Assembly (NCBI RefSeq): GCF_031769215.1
Contig: NW_026782608.1
Coordinates: forward strand, 248,001-312,000
Length of the DNA: 64,000 nt
Origin: Ylistrum balloti
Lineage: Eukaryota
Direction of reading: 5' to 3'
This document shows, one piece after another, positions 40,601 to 50,670 of this stretch. The notes under the pieces were generated by a model. The model saw only the letters and a program-made list of their open reading frames with translations, did no database searches and was not told where the DNA came from. The position numbers were made by a program, and so were the translations under genes. Position 1 is the stretch's first letter; the number at the start of each line of letters is the position of its first letter.

Positions 40601-43491
40601 GGGTGGTGAGTTGTATGGGGTAGTCTTAGGGTGGTGGTGAGTGTTAGGGTGGTGAGTTGTATGGGGTAGTGTTAGGGTGGTGAGTTGTATGGGGTAGTGT
40701 TAGGGTGGTGAGTTGTATGGGGTAGTGTTAAGGTGGTGAGTTCTATGGGGTAGTGATAGGGTGGTGAATTGTCAAGGTTTCTGTCAGAGGAATGTGGTAT
40801 TGTAAATAACAATCTTGCTATTTTGTTTACCTCCCCAGTTTATCCTGGTATTCTCGTTCGTTGACTACTCCCCAATTACCTACGATGCTTACGTGTATCC
40901 TCCATGGGCCGAGGCTCTAGGCTGGCTTCTCTCACTCTCATCCATCATCTTCATCCCCATCGTCTTCATTTGCAAGATTTCCAAGGAGGACGAAGAAAAG
41001 GGATTCATCAATGTAGGTTATCGTCACTATAGAACAACAATGTAGGTACTCGTCACTAGAGAACAGCAATGTCGATACTCGTCACTAGAGAACAACAATG
41101 TAGGTACTCGTCACTAGAGAACAGCAATGTAGATACTCGTCACTATAGAACAACAATGTAGATACTCGTCACTAGATTACAACAATGTAGATACTCGTCA
41201 CTAGAGAACAACAATGTAGGTACTCGTCACTAGAGAACAACAATGTAGGTACTCGTCACTAGAGAACAACAATGTAGATACTCGTCACTAGAGAACAACA
41301 ATGTAGGTACTCGTCACTAGAGAACAACAATGTAGGTACTCGTCACTAGAGAACAACAATGTAGGTACTCGTCACTAGAGAACAACAATGTAGATACTCG
41401 TCACTAGAGAACAACAATGTAGGTACTCGTCACTAGAGAACAACAATGTAGATACTCGTCACTAGAGAACAACAATGTAGATACTCGTCACTAGAGAACA
41501 ACAATGTAGGTACTCGTCACTAGAGAACAACAATGTAGGTACTCGTCACTAGAGAACAACAATGTAGATACTCGTCACTAGAGAACAACAATGTAGATAC
41601 TCGTCACTAGAGAACAACAATGTAGGTACTCGTCACTAGAGAACAGCAATGTAGATACTCGTCACTAGAGAACAACAATGTAGGTACTCGTCACTAGAGA
41701 ACAACAATGTAGATACTCGTCACTAGAGAACAACAATGTAGGTACTCGTCACTAGAGAACAACAATGTAGGTACTCGTCACTAGAGAACAACAATGTAGG
41801 TACTCGTCACTAGAGAACAGCAATGTAGATACTCGTCACTACTCGTCACTCACTAGAGAACAACAATGTAGGTACTCGTCACTAGAGAACAACAATGTAG
41901 GTACTCGTCACTAGAGAACAGCAATGTCGATACTCGTCACTAGAGAACAACAATGTAGGTACTCGTCACTAGAGAACAACAATGTAGGTACTCGTCACTA
42001 GAGAACAGCAATGTAGATACTCGTCACTAGAGAACAACAATGTAGATACTCGTCACTAGAGAACAACAATGTAGATACTCGTCACTAGAGAACAACAATG
42101 TAGATACTCGTCACTAGTACAACTAGATTACAACAATGTAGATACTCGTCACTAGAGAACAACAATGTAGGTACTCGTCACTAGAGAACAACAATGTAGG
42201 TACTCGTCACTAGAGAACAACAATGTAGGTACTCGTCACTAGAGAACAACAATGTAGATACTCGTCACTAGAGAACAACAATGTAGATACTCGTCACTAG
42301 AGAACAACAATGTAGGTACTCGTCACTAGAGAACAGCAATGTAGATACTCGTCACTAGAGAACAACAATGTAGATACTCGTCACTAGAGAACAACAATGT
42401 AGTCACTAGAACTCGTCACTAGAAAACAACAATGTAGGTACTCGTCACTAGAAATAACAATGTAGATACTCGTCACTAGAGAACAACAATGTAGATACTC
42501 GTCACTAGAGAATAGCAATGTAGATACTCGTCACTAGAGAACAACAATGTAGATACTCGTCACTAGAGAACAACAATGTAGATACTCGTCACTAGAGAAC
42601 AACAATGTAGATACTCGTCACTAGAGAACAACAATGTAGATACTCGTCACTAGAAAACAACAATGTAGATACTCGTCACTAGAGAACAACAATGTAGGTA
42701 CTCGTCACTAGAGAACAACAATGTAGATACTCGTCACTAGAGAACAACAATGTAGATACTCGTCACTAGAGAACAACAATGTAGGTACTCGTCACTAGAG
42801 AACAACAATGTAGGTACTCGTCACTAGAGAACAACAATGTAGATACTCGTCACTAGAGAACAACAATGTAGATACTCGTCACTAGAAAACAACAATGTAG
42901 GTACTCGTCACTAGAAATAACAATGTAGATACTCGTCACTAGAGAACAACAATGTAGATACTCGTCACTAGATTACAACAATATAGGTACTCGTCACTAT
43001 AGAACAATGTAGGTACTCGTCACTAGAGAACAACAATGTAGATAGTCGTCATTAGAGAACAACAATGTAGAACTACGAGAACAACAATGTAGGTACTTCG
43101 TCTAACTACAGGTATATATCGTCACTAGAGAACAACAATAATTAGATACATATATATATATAGAGATCAAGAGATATAATTATATATATATAAAGGGAGA
43201 TTATATTATGGAGATTAATGATATATATATAGAGATATAATCATATATATAGATATAATGATATATAGAGATATTAATCATAAATAGAGGTAAGGATTAT
43301 ATGATGTTATTATGTAGTTCTTATCACGTGTGGTGATATTTTCCGATATAAAACTACCCTGTGTGTTTCAGGCCCACAGCAGTGCGACTCCAAGCGAGGT
43401 GTCGGCCGATCCGTCCGTGGACACAAGACGGACATATCTGTCCAGAACTTTGTCTCATGCCTCCTATATGTCCTATGAGACCACTATATGA
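25447..43491 (+). CDS. SLC6: SLC6 sodium/chloride-dependent amino-acid transporter, glycine-transporter (GlyT1/GlyT2)-like; spliced gene of 14 identified coding exons, 2091 nt in frame, 5' start exon not located
   Basis: ERGNW, TM1 [16 protein letters not shown]3 YYN, EL2 SEEYW, TM6 [13 protein letters not shown]8 LGLDSEF, 12 TM segments. All junctions GT-AG with consistent phases. Gly in TM1 and Trp in TM6 point to an amino-acid (glycine-type) substrate. Confidence 0.93.
26640..26982 (+). CDS. SLC6: SLC6 exon (N-tail, TM1-TM2)
   Basis: CTTAG|GCC...CAAG|GTAAAT; encodes [11 protein letters not shown]...[20 protein letters not shown]. Confidence 0.95.
27092..27235 (+). CDS. SLC6: SLC6 exon (TM3, start of EL2)
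   Basis: TGCAG|GA...CAAG|GTATGA; [23 protein letters not shown]...CENPWNSQ. Confidence 0.95.
27514..27679 (+). CDS. SLC6: SLC6 exon (EL2)
   Basis: GACAG|AT...TGGAA|GTAAGT; [11 protein letters not shown]...TPSEEYW with several N-glycosylation sequons. Confidence 0.9.
28187..28319 (+). CDS. SLC6: SLC6 exon (TM4)
   Basis: TTTCAG|T...GGCAAG|GTACGA; [20 protein letters not shown]...KGIKTTGK. Confidence 0.95.
28416..28720 (+). repeat. 63/77-bp tandem repeat spanning the intron/exon junction of the TM5 exon (5 copies)
   Basis: (C/T)TCACCGCCCTCT at 28416, 28479, 28542, 28619, 28696; the last copy is the real exon. Confidence 0.9.
28687..28821 (+). CDS. SLC6: SLC6 exon (TM5)
   Basis: CACAG|GTC...GCCAAG|GTAAGC; [24 protein letters not shown]...LLDAK. 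Confidence 0.95.
29939..30042 (+). CDS. SLC6: SLC6 exon (TM6)
   Basis: GCTAG|GTG...TTGTG|GTGAGT; [34 protein letters not shown]. Confidence 0.95.
30043..30705. repeat. 38-bp minisatellite filling most of the intron, ~17 copies
   Basis: Unit GGAGGTGTCACGACATTTACTGACGAAATGCTTGGTAT, beginning directly at the donor. Confidence 0.95.
30760..30884 (+). CDS. SLC6: SLC6 exon (TM7)
   Basis: TACAG|G...AGTG|GTAGGT; [28 protein letters not shown]...VARS. Confidence 0.95.
31250..34190. repeat. 37/40-bp minisatellite, ~75 copies
   Basis: Unit GATAGATATAAGGAATTAGGCTGGACAGTGTTGTGAT with GAT-triplet length variation and some scrambled units near 32430-32510 and 33390-33560. Confidence 0.96.
34263..34375 (+). 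CDS. SLC6: SLC6 exon (EL4, first half of TM8)
   Basis: TTTAG|GT...AGTGAG|GTATGG; [13 protein letters not shown]...LITLGLDSE. Confidence 0.95.
35816..37151 (+). repeat. 50-bp minisatellite = intron 3' end + acceptor + first 7 codons of the next exon, 27 copies
   Basis: ATGTCCACAG|TTTGCTATGCTGGAGACAGTG recurs at exact 50-bp spacing from 35821 to 37121; the last copy continues as the exon. Confidence 0.97.
37131..37259 (+). CDS. SLC6: SLC6 exon (second half of TM8, TM9)
   Basis: CACAG|TTT...ACTTCT|GTAAGT; [16 protein letters not shown]...LLGLPITTS. Confidence 0.93.
37859..37950 (+). tRNA. Elongator tRNA-Met (CAT) with a 19-nt canonical intron (37896-37914), inside an SLC6 intron
   Basis: GCCTCGGTAGCGCAGTAGGTAGCGCGTCAGTCTCATA[ATCACATAATAGCAGAGCG]ATCTGAAGGTCGTGAGTTCGATCCTCACCCGGGGCA. 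The exon halves match the conserved metazoan elongator Met; insertion at 37/38; T6 terminator at 37954-37959. Confidence 0.92.
38083..38182 (+). CDS. SLC6: SLC6 exon (TM10)
   Basis: TGTAG|GGT...TACG|GTAAGT; [25 protein letters not shown]...FIYG. Confidence 0.95.
38545..38585 (-). pseudogene. 3'-half tRNA-like fragment (tRNA pseudogene or SINE head remnant)
   Basis: Minus strand GAGGTCCCAGGTTCGAATCCTACAGAAGGCA: variable loop, B box and acceptor-like end, but no recognisable 5' half. Confidence 0.35.
38768..38868 (+). CDS. SLC6: SLC6 exon (IL5, start of TM11)
   Basis: TTTCAG|GC...ATGGTG|GTAAGT; [33 protein letters not shown]. Confidence 0.95.
38869..40765 (+). repeat. 28-bp G-rich minisatellite containing a 5' splice-site copy, ~65 copies
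   Basis: Unit GGGGTAGTGTTAGGGTG|GTGAGTTGTAT; the native donor is ATGGTG|GTAAGTTGTCT. Confidence 0.96.
40839..41012 (+). CDS. SLC6: SLC6 exon (end of TM11, TM12)
   Basis: CCCCAG|TTT...ATCAAT|GTAGGT; [31 protein letters not shown]...EEKGFIN. Confidence 0.95.
41009..43130 (+). repeat. 29-bp minisatellite containing a 5' splice-site copy, ~70 copies
   Basis: Unit CAAT|GTAG(G/A)TACTCGTCACTAGAGAACAA; the first copy is the native donor CAAT|GTAGGTTATCGTCACTATAGAACAA. Confidence 0.96.
43372..43491 (+). CDS. SLC6: Probable SLC6 terminal exon ([10 protein letters not shown]...SYMSYETTI*)
   Basis: TTTCAG|GCC acceptor, phase 0, ends in ETTI-stop (class I PDZ-binding-like motif as in many SLC6 C-termini). 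Confidence 0.65.
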   Translation, partial: AHSSATPSEVSADPSVDTRRTYLSRTLSHASYMSYETTI

Positions 43492-43974
43492 TATATGTTC
43501 AGGTGTTTTATCTAGATAATACGTTTGCATGACGCGCGGTCATCAACACGTGACAATTTTGATTTTGTGATACTCATAATGAATATCTCTTTATTAAACA
43601 AAATTGTGGTAGAAACTGAGGCCATATATTGTTTGTCAACAATTCATAATGACACAATGACAAACATTCAATACAAATGTTTAATAAATGAATTCATGGT
43701 GCCATATTTATCCATTTAATCGTTTCTAATTAGACCGTGCTGCTGAGAGATATTTTTATGTTTAATTTAATAAACCAGTAAATAGTGGAACTACCTATTC
43801 CCTCAAAAAACACATTAATTTAAATATTTTGTTTAGCTTTTTTATTATTTTTTTTAGTGTAATTCCATTTCAAGAGTGTATCAATGTTCCTCTTGTAACA
43901 CATCAATTGTAAGGCAATAGCTGGACATCTACCAAAGCCAGAACGTGATACATTTGTGTGTAAGGAAGGTAGAT

Positions 43975-44345
43975 ACGTAAGTATACCTGAGTACCTATAT
44001 ATATACATGAGTACTTACAGATATATAGTAATACCTGGGTACCTACAGATATATAGTAATACCTGGGTACCTACAGATATATATATATATATATACCTGA
44101 GTACCTACAGATATATATATATATATATATACCTGAGTACCTACAGATATATATACCTGAGTGCTTACAGATATATATATATATACCTGAGTATATCTCT
44201 TCAGGCGTTACAATATCGGGTAATATGTAACGTAATTCAAACGTCTGAAGATGGCCACAAGGCCGGAAAACGTTAACGATTTCATACGATTTTATTTGCC
44301 ATGTTAATGTTTCGATTATATATATACCTGAGTACCTACCTACAT
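43975..44345. repeat. Low-complexity (TA)n-CCTGAGTACCTACAGA repeat
   Basis: Repeated TATATATACCTGAGTACCTACAGA with variable TA tracts. Confidence 0.8.
44238..44283 (+). ncRNA. Minimal type-I hammerhead ribozyme motif (Penelope-like)
   Basis: AAACGT CTGAAGA TGGCC ACAA GGCCG GAA AACGTT A ACGATT: CUGAAGA core at 44245-44251, 5-bp stem II, palindromic AACGUU stem III, UUA cleavage triplet, stem I CGT/ACG. Confidence 0.55.
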
Positions 44346-44419
44346 ATATATTGTTAATCTAGACTCTGGTATCAGAAGACAGAACTCATGTTACTATCAC
44401 TAAAAATAGTCATGTTTAC

Positions 44420-45710
44420 ATCAGGAGATCCTATAGAGTGTAATGTCTGTGTCATGTTTACATGAGGAGATCGTGTAGGATGTATTTATCACGTGTCTGT
44501 GTCATGTTTACATGAGGAGATCGTGTAGGATGTATTTATCACGTGTCTGTGTCATGTTTACATCAGGAGATCGTGTAGGATGTATTTATCACGTGTCTGT
44601 GTCATGTTTACATCAGGAGATCGTGTAGGATGTATTTATCACGTGTCTGTGTCATGTTTACATGAGGAGATCGTGTAGGATGTATTTATCACGTGTCTGT
44701 GTCATGTTTACATGAGGAGATCGTGTAGGATATATTTATCACGTGTCTGTGTCATGTTTATATCAGGAGATCGTGTAGGATGTATTTATCACGTGTCTGT
44801 GTCATGTTTACATGAGGAGATCGTGTAGGATGTATTTATCACGTGTCTGTGTCATGTTTACATGAGGAGATCGTGTAGGATGTATTTATCACGTGTCTGT
44901 GTCATGTTTACATGAGGAGATCGTGTAGGATGTATTTATCACGTGTCTGTGTCATGTTTACATGAGGAGATCGTGTAGGATATATTTATCACGTGTCTGT
45001 GTCATGTTTATATCAGGAGATCGTGTAGGATGTATTTATCACGTGTCTGTGTCATGTTTACATCAGGAGATCGTGTAGGATGTATTTATCACGTGTCTGT
45101 GTCATATTTACATGAGGAGATCGTGTAGGATGTATTTATCACGTGTCTGTGTCATGTTTACATGAGGAGATCGTGTAGGATGTATTTATCACGTGTCTGT
45201 GTCATGTTTACATGAGGAGATCGTGTAGGATGTATTTATCACGTGTCTGTGTCATGTGTACATCAGGAGATCGTATAGAGGGTAATGTCTGTGTCATATT
45301 TACATGAGGAGATCGTGTAGGATGTATTTATCACGTGTCTGTGTCATATTTACATCAGGAGATCGTGTAGGATGTATTTATCACGTGTCTGTGTCATGTT
45401 TACATCAGGAGATCGTGTCTGTGTCATGTTTACATCAGGAGATCGTATAGAGGGTAATGTCTGTGTCATATTTACATGAGGAGATCGTGTAGGATGTATT
45501 TATCACGTGTCTGTGTCATGTTTACATCAGGAGATCGTATAGAGGGATGTATTTATCACGTGTCTGTGTCATGTTTACATCAGGAGATCGTGTAGGATGT
45601 ATTTATCACGTGTCTGTGTCATGTTTACATCAGGAGATCGTATAGAGGGTAATGTCTGTGTCATGTTTACATCAGGAGATCGCATAGAGTGTAATGTCTG
45701 TGTCATGTTT
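44420..45710. repeat. 50-bp minisatellite, ~25 copies
   Basis: Unit CATGAGGAGATCGTGTAGGATGTATTTATCACGTGTCTGTGTCATGTTTA. Confidence 0.96.
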
Positions 45711-47457
45711 GTAATGGTAAGATGTAATATACTACACAAGAAATTAGGTACCAAACATCTATTAACCGTCGGATTACAATGTTTACAGTACCATCATTCA
45801 GAAATGTTTATATAGTTTAACATCAAATTTCAGAGTCCTAAATAATACTGTGAATACTCTGTACATACACTTGTTTTTTCACCACATCAAAGTAAAGTAT
45901 TGTATACCAATCTGCCAGTGTTGTGTTTTCGATACACTTAGATGTAAGTACTAATCAGCGCTACATACATGTGACTTTATTTCATCCTTGACAAACGAAG
46001 CTTGTTAAGGTTTCAAAAAAGCATACTTGTAGGCGATATGATAGCACTTTTCAAGGATTCCAAACTGATAGCGTTTTTCAAGGATTTAAAAATTGATAAG
46101 GTTTTGCATGGGTTCAAAATTGATAGCCAAGTTCAATGATCTTCCAGACACAAAAAAAACATGGGAGTATGTAGCTGTTATTTTCCTTACTGTTTTTGCA
46201 CATTTGGAGATTGATGTCGCACTACAAATACACGCCGTTAAGTGATGCTCTAAAGCAAATCTTTACCCGTGTCACAGGACTGTTGTACTTCAGATATCAC
46301 TGTGTTTTAACACAAATAAACGTGTTTTCTATAGGTTTGAACAAGTGTGTCCAGGACAGTACCGGTTCTCGGAGTCCCGTACGTCCTTGTGCCCCCTCTC
46401 GCTATATCACTGAGGTTTATAGAATATTAAGATATGATAGAGATCAAAATGATAGCAGAGAAACAATATATTGGAGGCAGGAGGATGTTTGTTTTTTCTA
46501 GTGGCAAACCTCCCTTGTTATATGAAGGCGGGGATCGATTATTACAGCCGTTTTAAGTTGACGTATTGTGTTTCAGTTGTAGATTAATCCTATTAACTTT
46601 CTTAAATTGTTTTAACAATATGGTATTTGCTTAACCATTTGGTTGCACACGTGCACCTGTCCTCATTCGCGCCTCTCGTAAGTGTCTGTATGCGTAAGTC
46701 ATCAACACTCGCCACATCCCGACTGACACTAATTGCGGGAGATGACTGGCAGTAATGCCCAGTACCGCCAAGGGATTCTTCTAACTTCATCAACGATCTC
46801 AGTCAAAACAATGTAAACAAACAAACAAACAAAACGATACCTCTTCTCCGATCACGTTGATTAACAGCAGACTGGCATCTCTTCGTACATAGAAATGACT
46901 CGTCAAAGTTCATTTCTACATGTGATATAAAAAGTTATGTGGTTCTCCAAACGCAGCCTTCACAAAATAAAATGCAACAGTGTACATAGTCGTGACACTG
47001 AAGTATGTAGCTTCGGGTTTTTTCTTTTCTTTTTTCTTTTTGGAAGAGGGGAGGAGGGGAGTGGGGAAATATGATAACCGACAACACGGAATGAGATATT
47101 ATCTTAGTAAGAGCCGATAACTATTAAGCGATAATTAATCTTTGTCAGTCTCAGACACCAATTACGTGACGTAAGAGTACACGATTTCTAGTCATGCTCG
47201 TCTCCACCGGACGAAGTACTGGCGCTGATATGTCAAGTGCCATCACTCCGGACTCCCGCGGGATCGCATAGATACCCCACGGCACAGTCGACCCCTACGC
47301 ACCAATTAGTAAAGAAAGCAGGGGTCGTGCAACCCGACATTTTCAATAGGAAGCGCCGAGTGCCTTTAATTGCCAGTAGGCCTCCACTTAGAATCGTAGC
47401 ACTGTTACCATGGTGATAGGGGAAGGAATTCCCCCCAAACGCGATGAAAGTTTTCCG

Positions 47458-47473
47458 CCGCTAGAGGGCAGCA
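47458..47473 (+). promoter_or_regulatory. CTCF-like binding motif in a GC/CpG-rich intergenic island
   Basis: CCGCTAGAGGGCAGCA matches the CTCF core consensus CC(A/G)(C/G)(C/T)AG(A/G)(G/T)GGC(A/G). Motif match only. Confidence 0.4.
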
Positions 47474-48389
47474 TGTGTTGTTGGTGAGTGTGAGTTTGGG
47501 ATGATACTCTAATGGAGAAGAAACCGGAAAACAACCAGGCTGCGACGATAGAATGAGAACTGCCAAACGTGATTTATTTTACAGAGAAAATGGCCGACCA
47601 ATTACTCTGTGATTTCGATAATTCCTGGATTGGCACACGAATCATCAGAAGTTTATCTAACAGCAGGGTACCCAAAGTCATTTATAAAAATTCTACATTT
47701 TAACATATGTATATAACTGCTGTTTAAATCTTGCATGTCGGCTATAATTTCGTGCTCGTTGGTGCGTCCAGTAGCCCGGCATCCCGAGACTACACCTGTA
47801 CGTATATACTGAACCCGTCTTATTGTGCTACATCAACCTGCCCTGGCTCCTTGCTACATACACAGTGTGTGTGGGATGGGGAAGTTTAACATCTACATTT
47901 TGTATCTACTCTCCAGTGTGTAGTGAATGGAATACCAGTACATTAAAAACAAAGTAAGTATACTATTTAGTACTGTTCTCTAGAAAACTTTTGAAACAGT
48001 TATATTACAACTTAATATTAGAATTTATTACACTCCATATACTGACAGTATAAAAATACACGACACAATTGCGTAGATAAAATTCATAAATTTGAGTAGT
48101 GTATAGATATGTATCGCACATCATTAGTCAGGAAACTCACGCGAGACTATAAATAGGAGTACACGTGCTTGTGTACTGCCATATACAGTTGCAAAGAACC
48201 TACTGATTGTTCATGATGTGTATCTGGTTGCGAACTAATTAATTTCTTAATTGTTTCATCTGATCCTCTCCATGATAATGTCACAATATAAATCACCATC
48301 GATAAAATTTGTTACTTAGAAACGGCGATATGTACACGTGTTTTTCCACCAGATAAAGACCAAAACGCATATCGACCAACAGCACGACA

Positions 48390-48625
48390 AGTGTCACTCT
48401 GGACCCTTATATACATGTAGAGTGACCAACAGGACGACATGTGTCACTCTGGGCCCTTATAGACATGTATCACTCTGTGCCCTTATATACATGTAGAGTG
48501 ACCAACAGGACGACATGTGCCACTCTGGGCCCGAATATACATGTAGAGTGACCAACATGACGACACGTGTCACTCTGGGCCCTTATATAGATGTATAGTG
48601 ACCAACAGGACGGTATGTGTCACTC
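48390..48625. repeat. 50-bp tandem repeat with internal inverted repeat, ~5 copies
   Basis: AGAGTGAC...GTCACTCT within unit CATGTAGAGTGACCAACAGGACGACATGTGTCACTCTGGGCCCTTATATA. Confidence 0.85.
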
Positions 48626-48629
48626 TGTT

Positions 48630-50670
48630 ACATGTATAGAGATAAACAAATCAACATGATGACATGTGAAGTATTTATCCAGTAGACATGAACCAACAGA
48701 TATACAGAACAACAGGGTGACTTGTGAAGTCTGTGTCCAGTAGACATGAACCAACAGATATACAGAACAACAGGGTGACATGTGAAGTCTGTGTCCAGTA
48801 GACATGAACCAACAGATATATAGAACAACAGGGTGACATGTGAAGTCTGTGTCTAATAGACATGAACCAACAGATATACAGAACAACGGGGTGACACGTG
48901 AAGTCTGTGTCTAATAGACATGAACCAACAGATATACAGAACAACGGGGTGACATGTGAAGTCTGTGTCTAATAGACATGAACCAACAGATATACAGAAC
49001 AACGGGGTGACACGTGAAGTCTGTGTCTAATAGACATGAACCAACAGATATACAGAACATCAGGGTGACATGTGAAGTCTGTGTCTAATAGACATGAACA
49101 AACAGATATACAGAACAACGGGGTGACATGTGAAGTCAGTGTCCAGTAGACATGAACCAACAGATATACAGAACATCAGGGTGACATGTGAAGTCTGTGT
49201 CTAATAGACATGAACAAACAGATATACAGAACAACGGGGTGACATGTGAAGTCTGTGTCTAATAGACATGAACAAACAGATATACAGAACATCAGGGTGA
49301 CATGTGAAGTCTGTGTCTAATAGACATGAACAAACAGATATACAGAACAACGGGGTGACATGTGAAGTCTGTGTCTAATAGACATGAACAAACAGATATA
49401 CAGAACAACGGGGTGACACGTGAAGTCTGTGTCTAATAGACATGAACCAACAGATATACAGAACATCAGGGTGACATGTGAAGTCTGTGTCTAATAGACA
49501 TGAACAAACAGATATACAGAACAACGGGGTGACATGTGAAGTCAGTGTCCAGTAGACATGAACCAACAGATATACAGAACAGCAGGGTGACACGTGAAGT
49601 CTGTGTCTAATAGACATGAACCAACAGATATACAGAACAACGGGGTGACATGTGAAGTCAGTGTCCAGTAGACATGAACCAACAGATATACAGAACATCA
49701 GGGTGACATGTGAAGTCTGTGTCTAATAGACATGAACAAACAGATATACAGAACAACGGGGTGACATGTGAAGTCAGTGTCCAGTAGACATGAACCAACA
49801 GATATACAGAACAGCAGGGTGACACGTGAAGTCTGTGTCTAATAGACATGAACCAACAGATATACAGAACAACGGGGTGACATGTGAAGTCTGTGTCTAA
49901 TAGACATGAACCAACAGATATACAGAACAACAGGGTGACATGTGAAGTCTGTGTCTAATAGACATGAACCAACAGATATACAGAACATCAGGGTGACATG
50001 TGAAGTCTGTGTCTAATAGACATGAACCAACAAATATACAGAACAACAGGGTGACATGTGGAGTCTGTGTCTTATAGACATGAACCAACAGATATACAGA
50101 ACAACGGGGTGACACGTGAAGTCTGTGTCTAATAGACATGAACCAACAGATATATAGAACAACAGGGTGACATGTGAAGTCTGTGTCCAGTAGACATGAA
50201 CAGACAGATATACAGAACAACAGGGTGACATGTGGAGTCTGTGTCTAATAGACATGAACCAACAGATACACAGGACAGCAGGGTGACATGTGAAGTCTGT
50301 GTCCAGTAGACATGAACCAACAGATACACAGGACAGCAGGGTGACATGTGAAGTCTGTGTCCAGTAGACATGAACCAACAGATACACAGGACAGCAGGGT
50401 GACATGTGAAGTCTGTGTCTAATAGACATGAACCAACAGATATACAGAACAACAGGGTGACATGTGAAGTCTGTGTCCAGTAGACATGAACCAACAGATA
50501 CACAGGACAGCAGGGTGACATGTGAAGTCTGTGTCCAGTAGACATGAACCAACAGATATACAGAACAACGGGGTGACATGTGAAGTCTGTGTCTAATAGA
50601 CATGAACCAACAGATATACAGAACGTCAGGGTGACATGTCTTAGTCTTTGCCCCAGTAGACATGAACCAG
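48630..50670. repeat. 58-bp minisatellite, ~35 copies
   Basis: Unit TGAAGTCTGTGTCTAATAGACATGAACCAACAGATATACAGAACAACGGGGTGACATG; source of minus-strand ORFs 48620-50663. Confidence 0.96.

Noticed and set aside
44368-44380. TGGTATCAGAAG as a tRNA-iMet PBS
   Set aside because: Imperfect, resembles the plant rather than the animal iMet end, and has no adjacent LTR structure.
47600-47655. Third hammerhead on the minus strand (CTGATGA...GAAATC)
   Set aside because: Stem II and stem III geometry do not fit; at best a decayed remnant. Similar isolated CTGATGA at 2145 and 19545 were also rejected.
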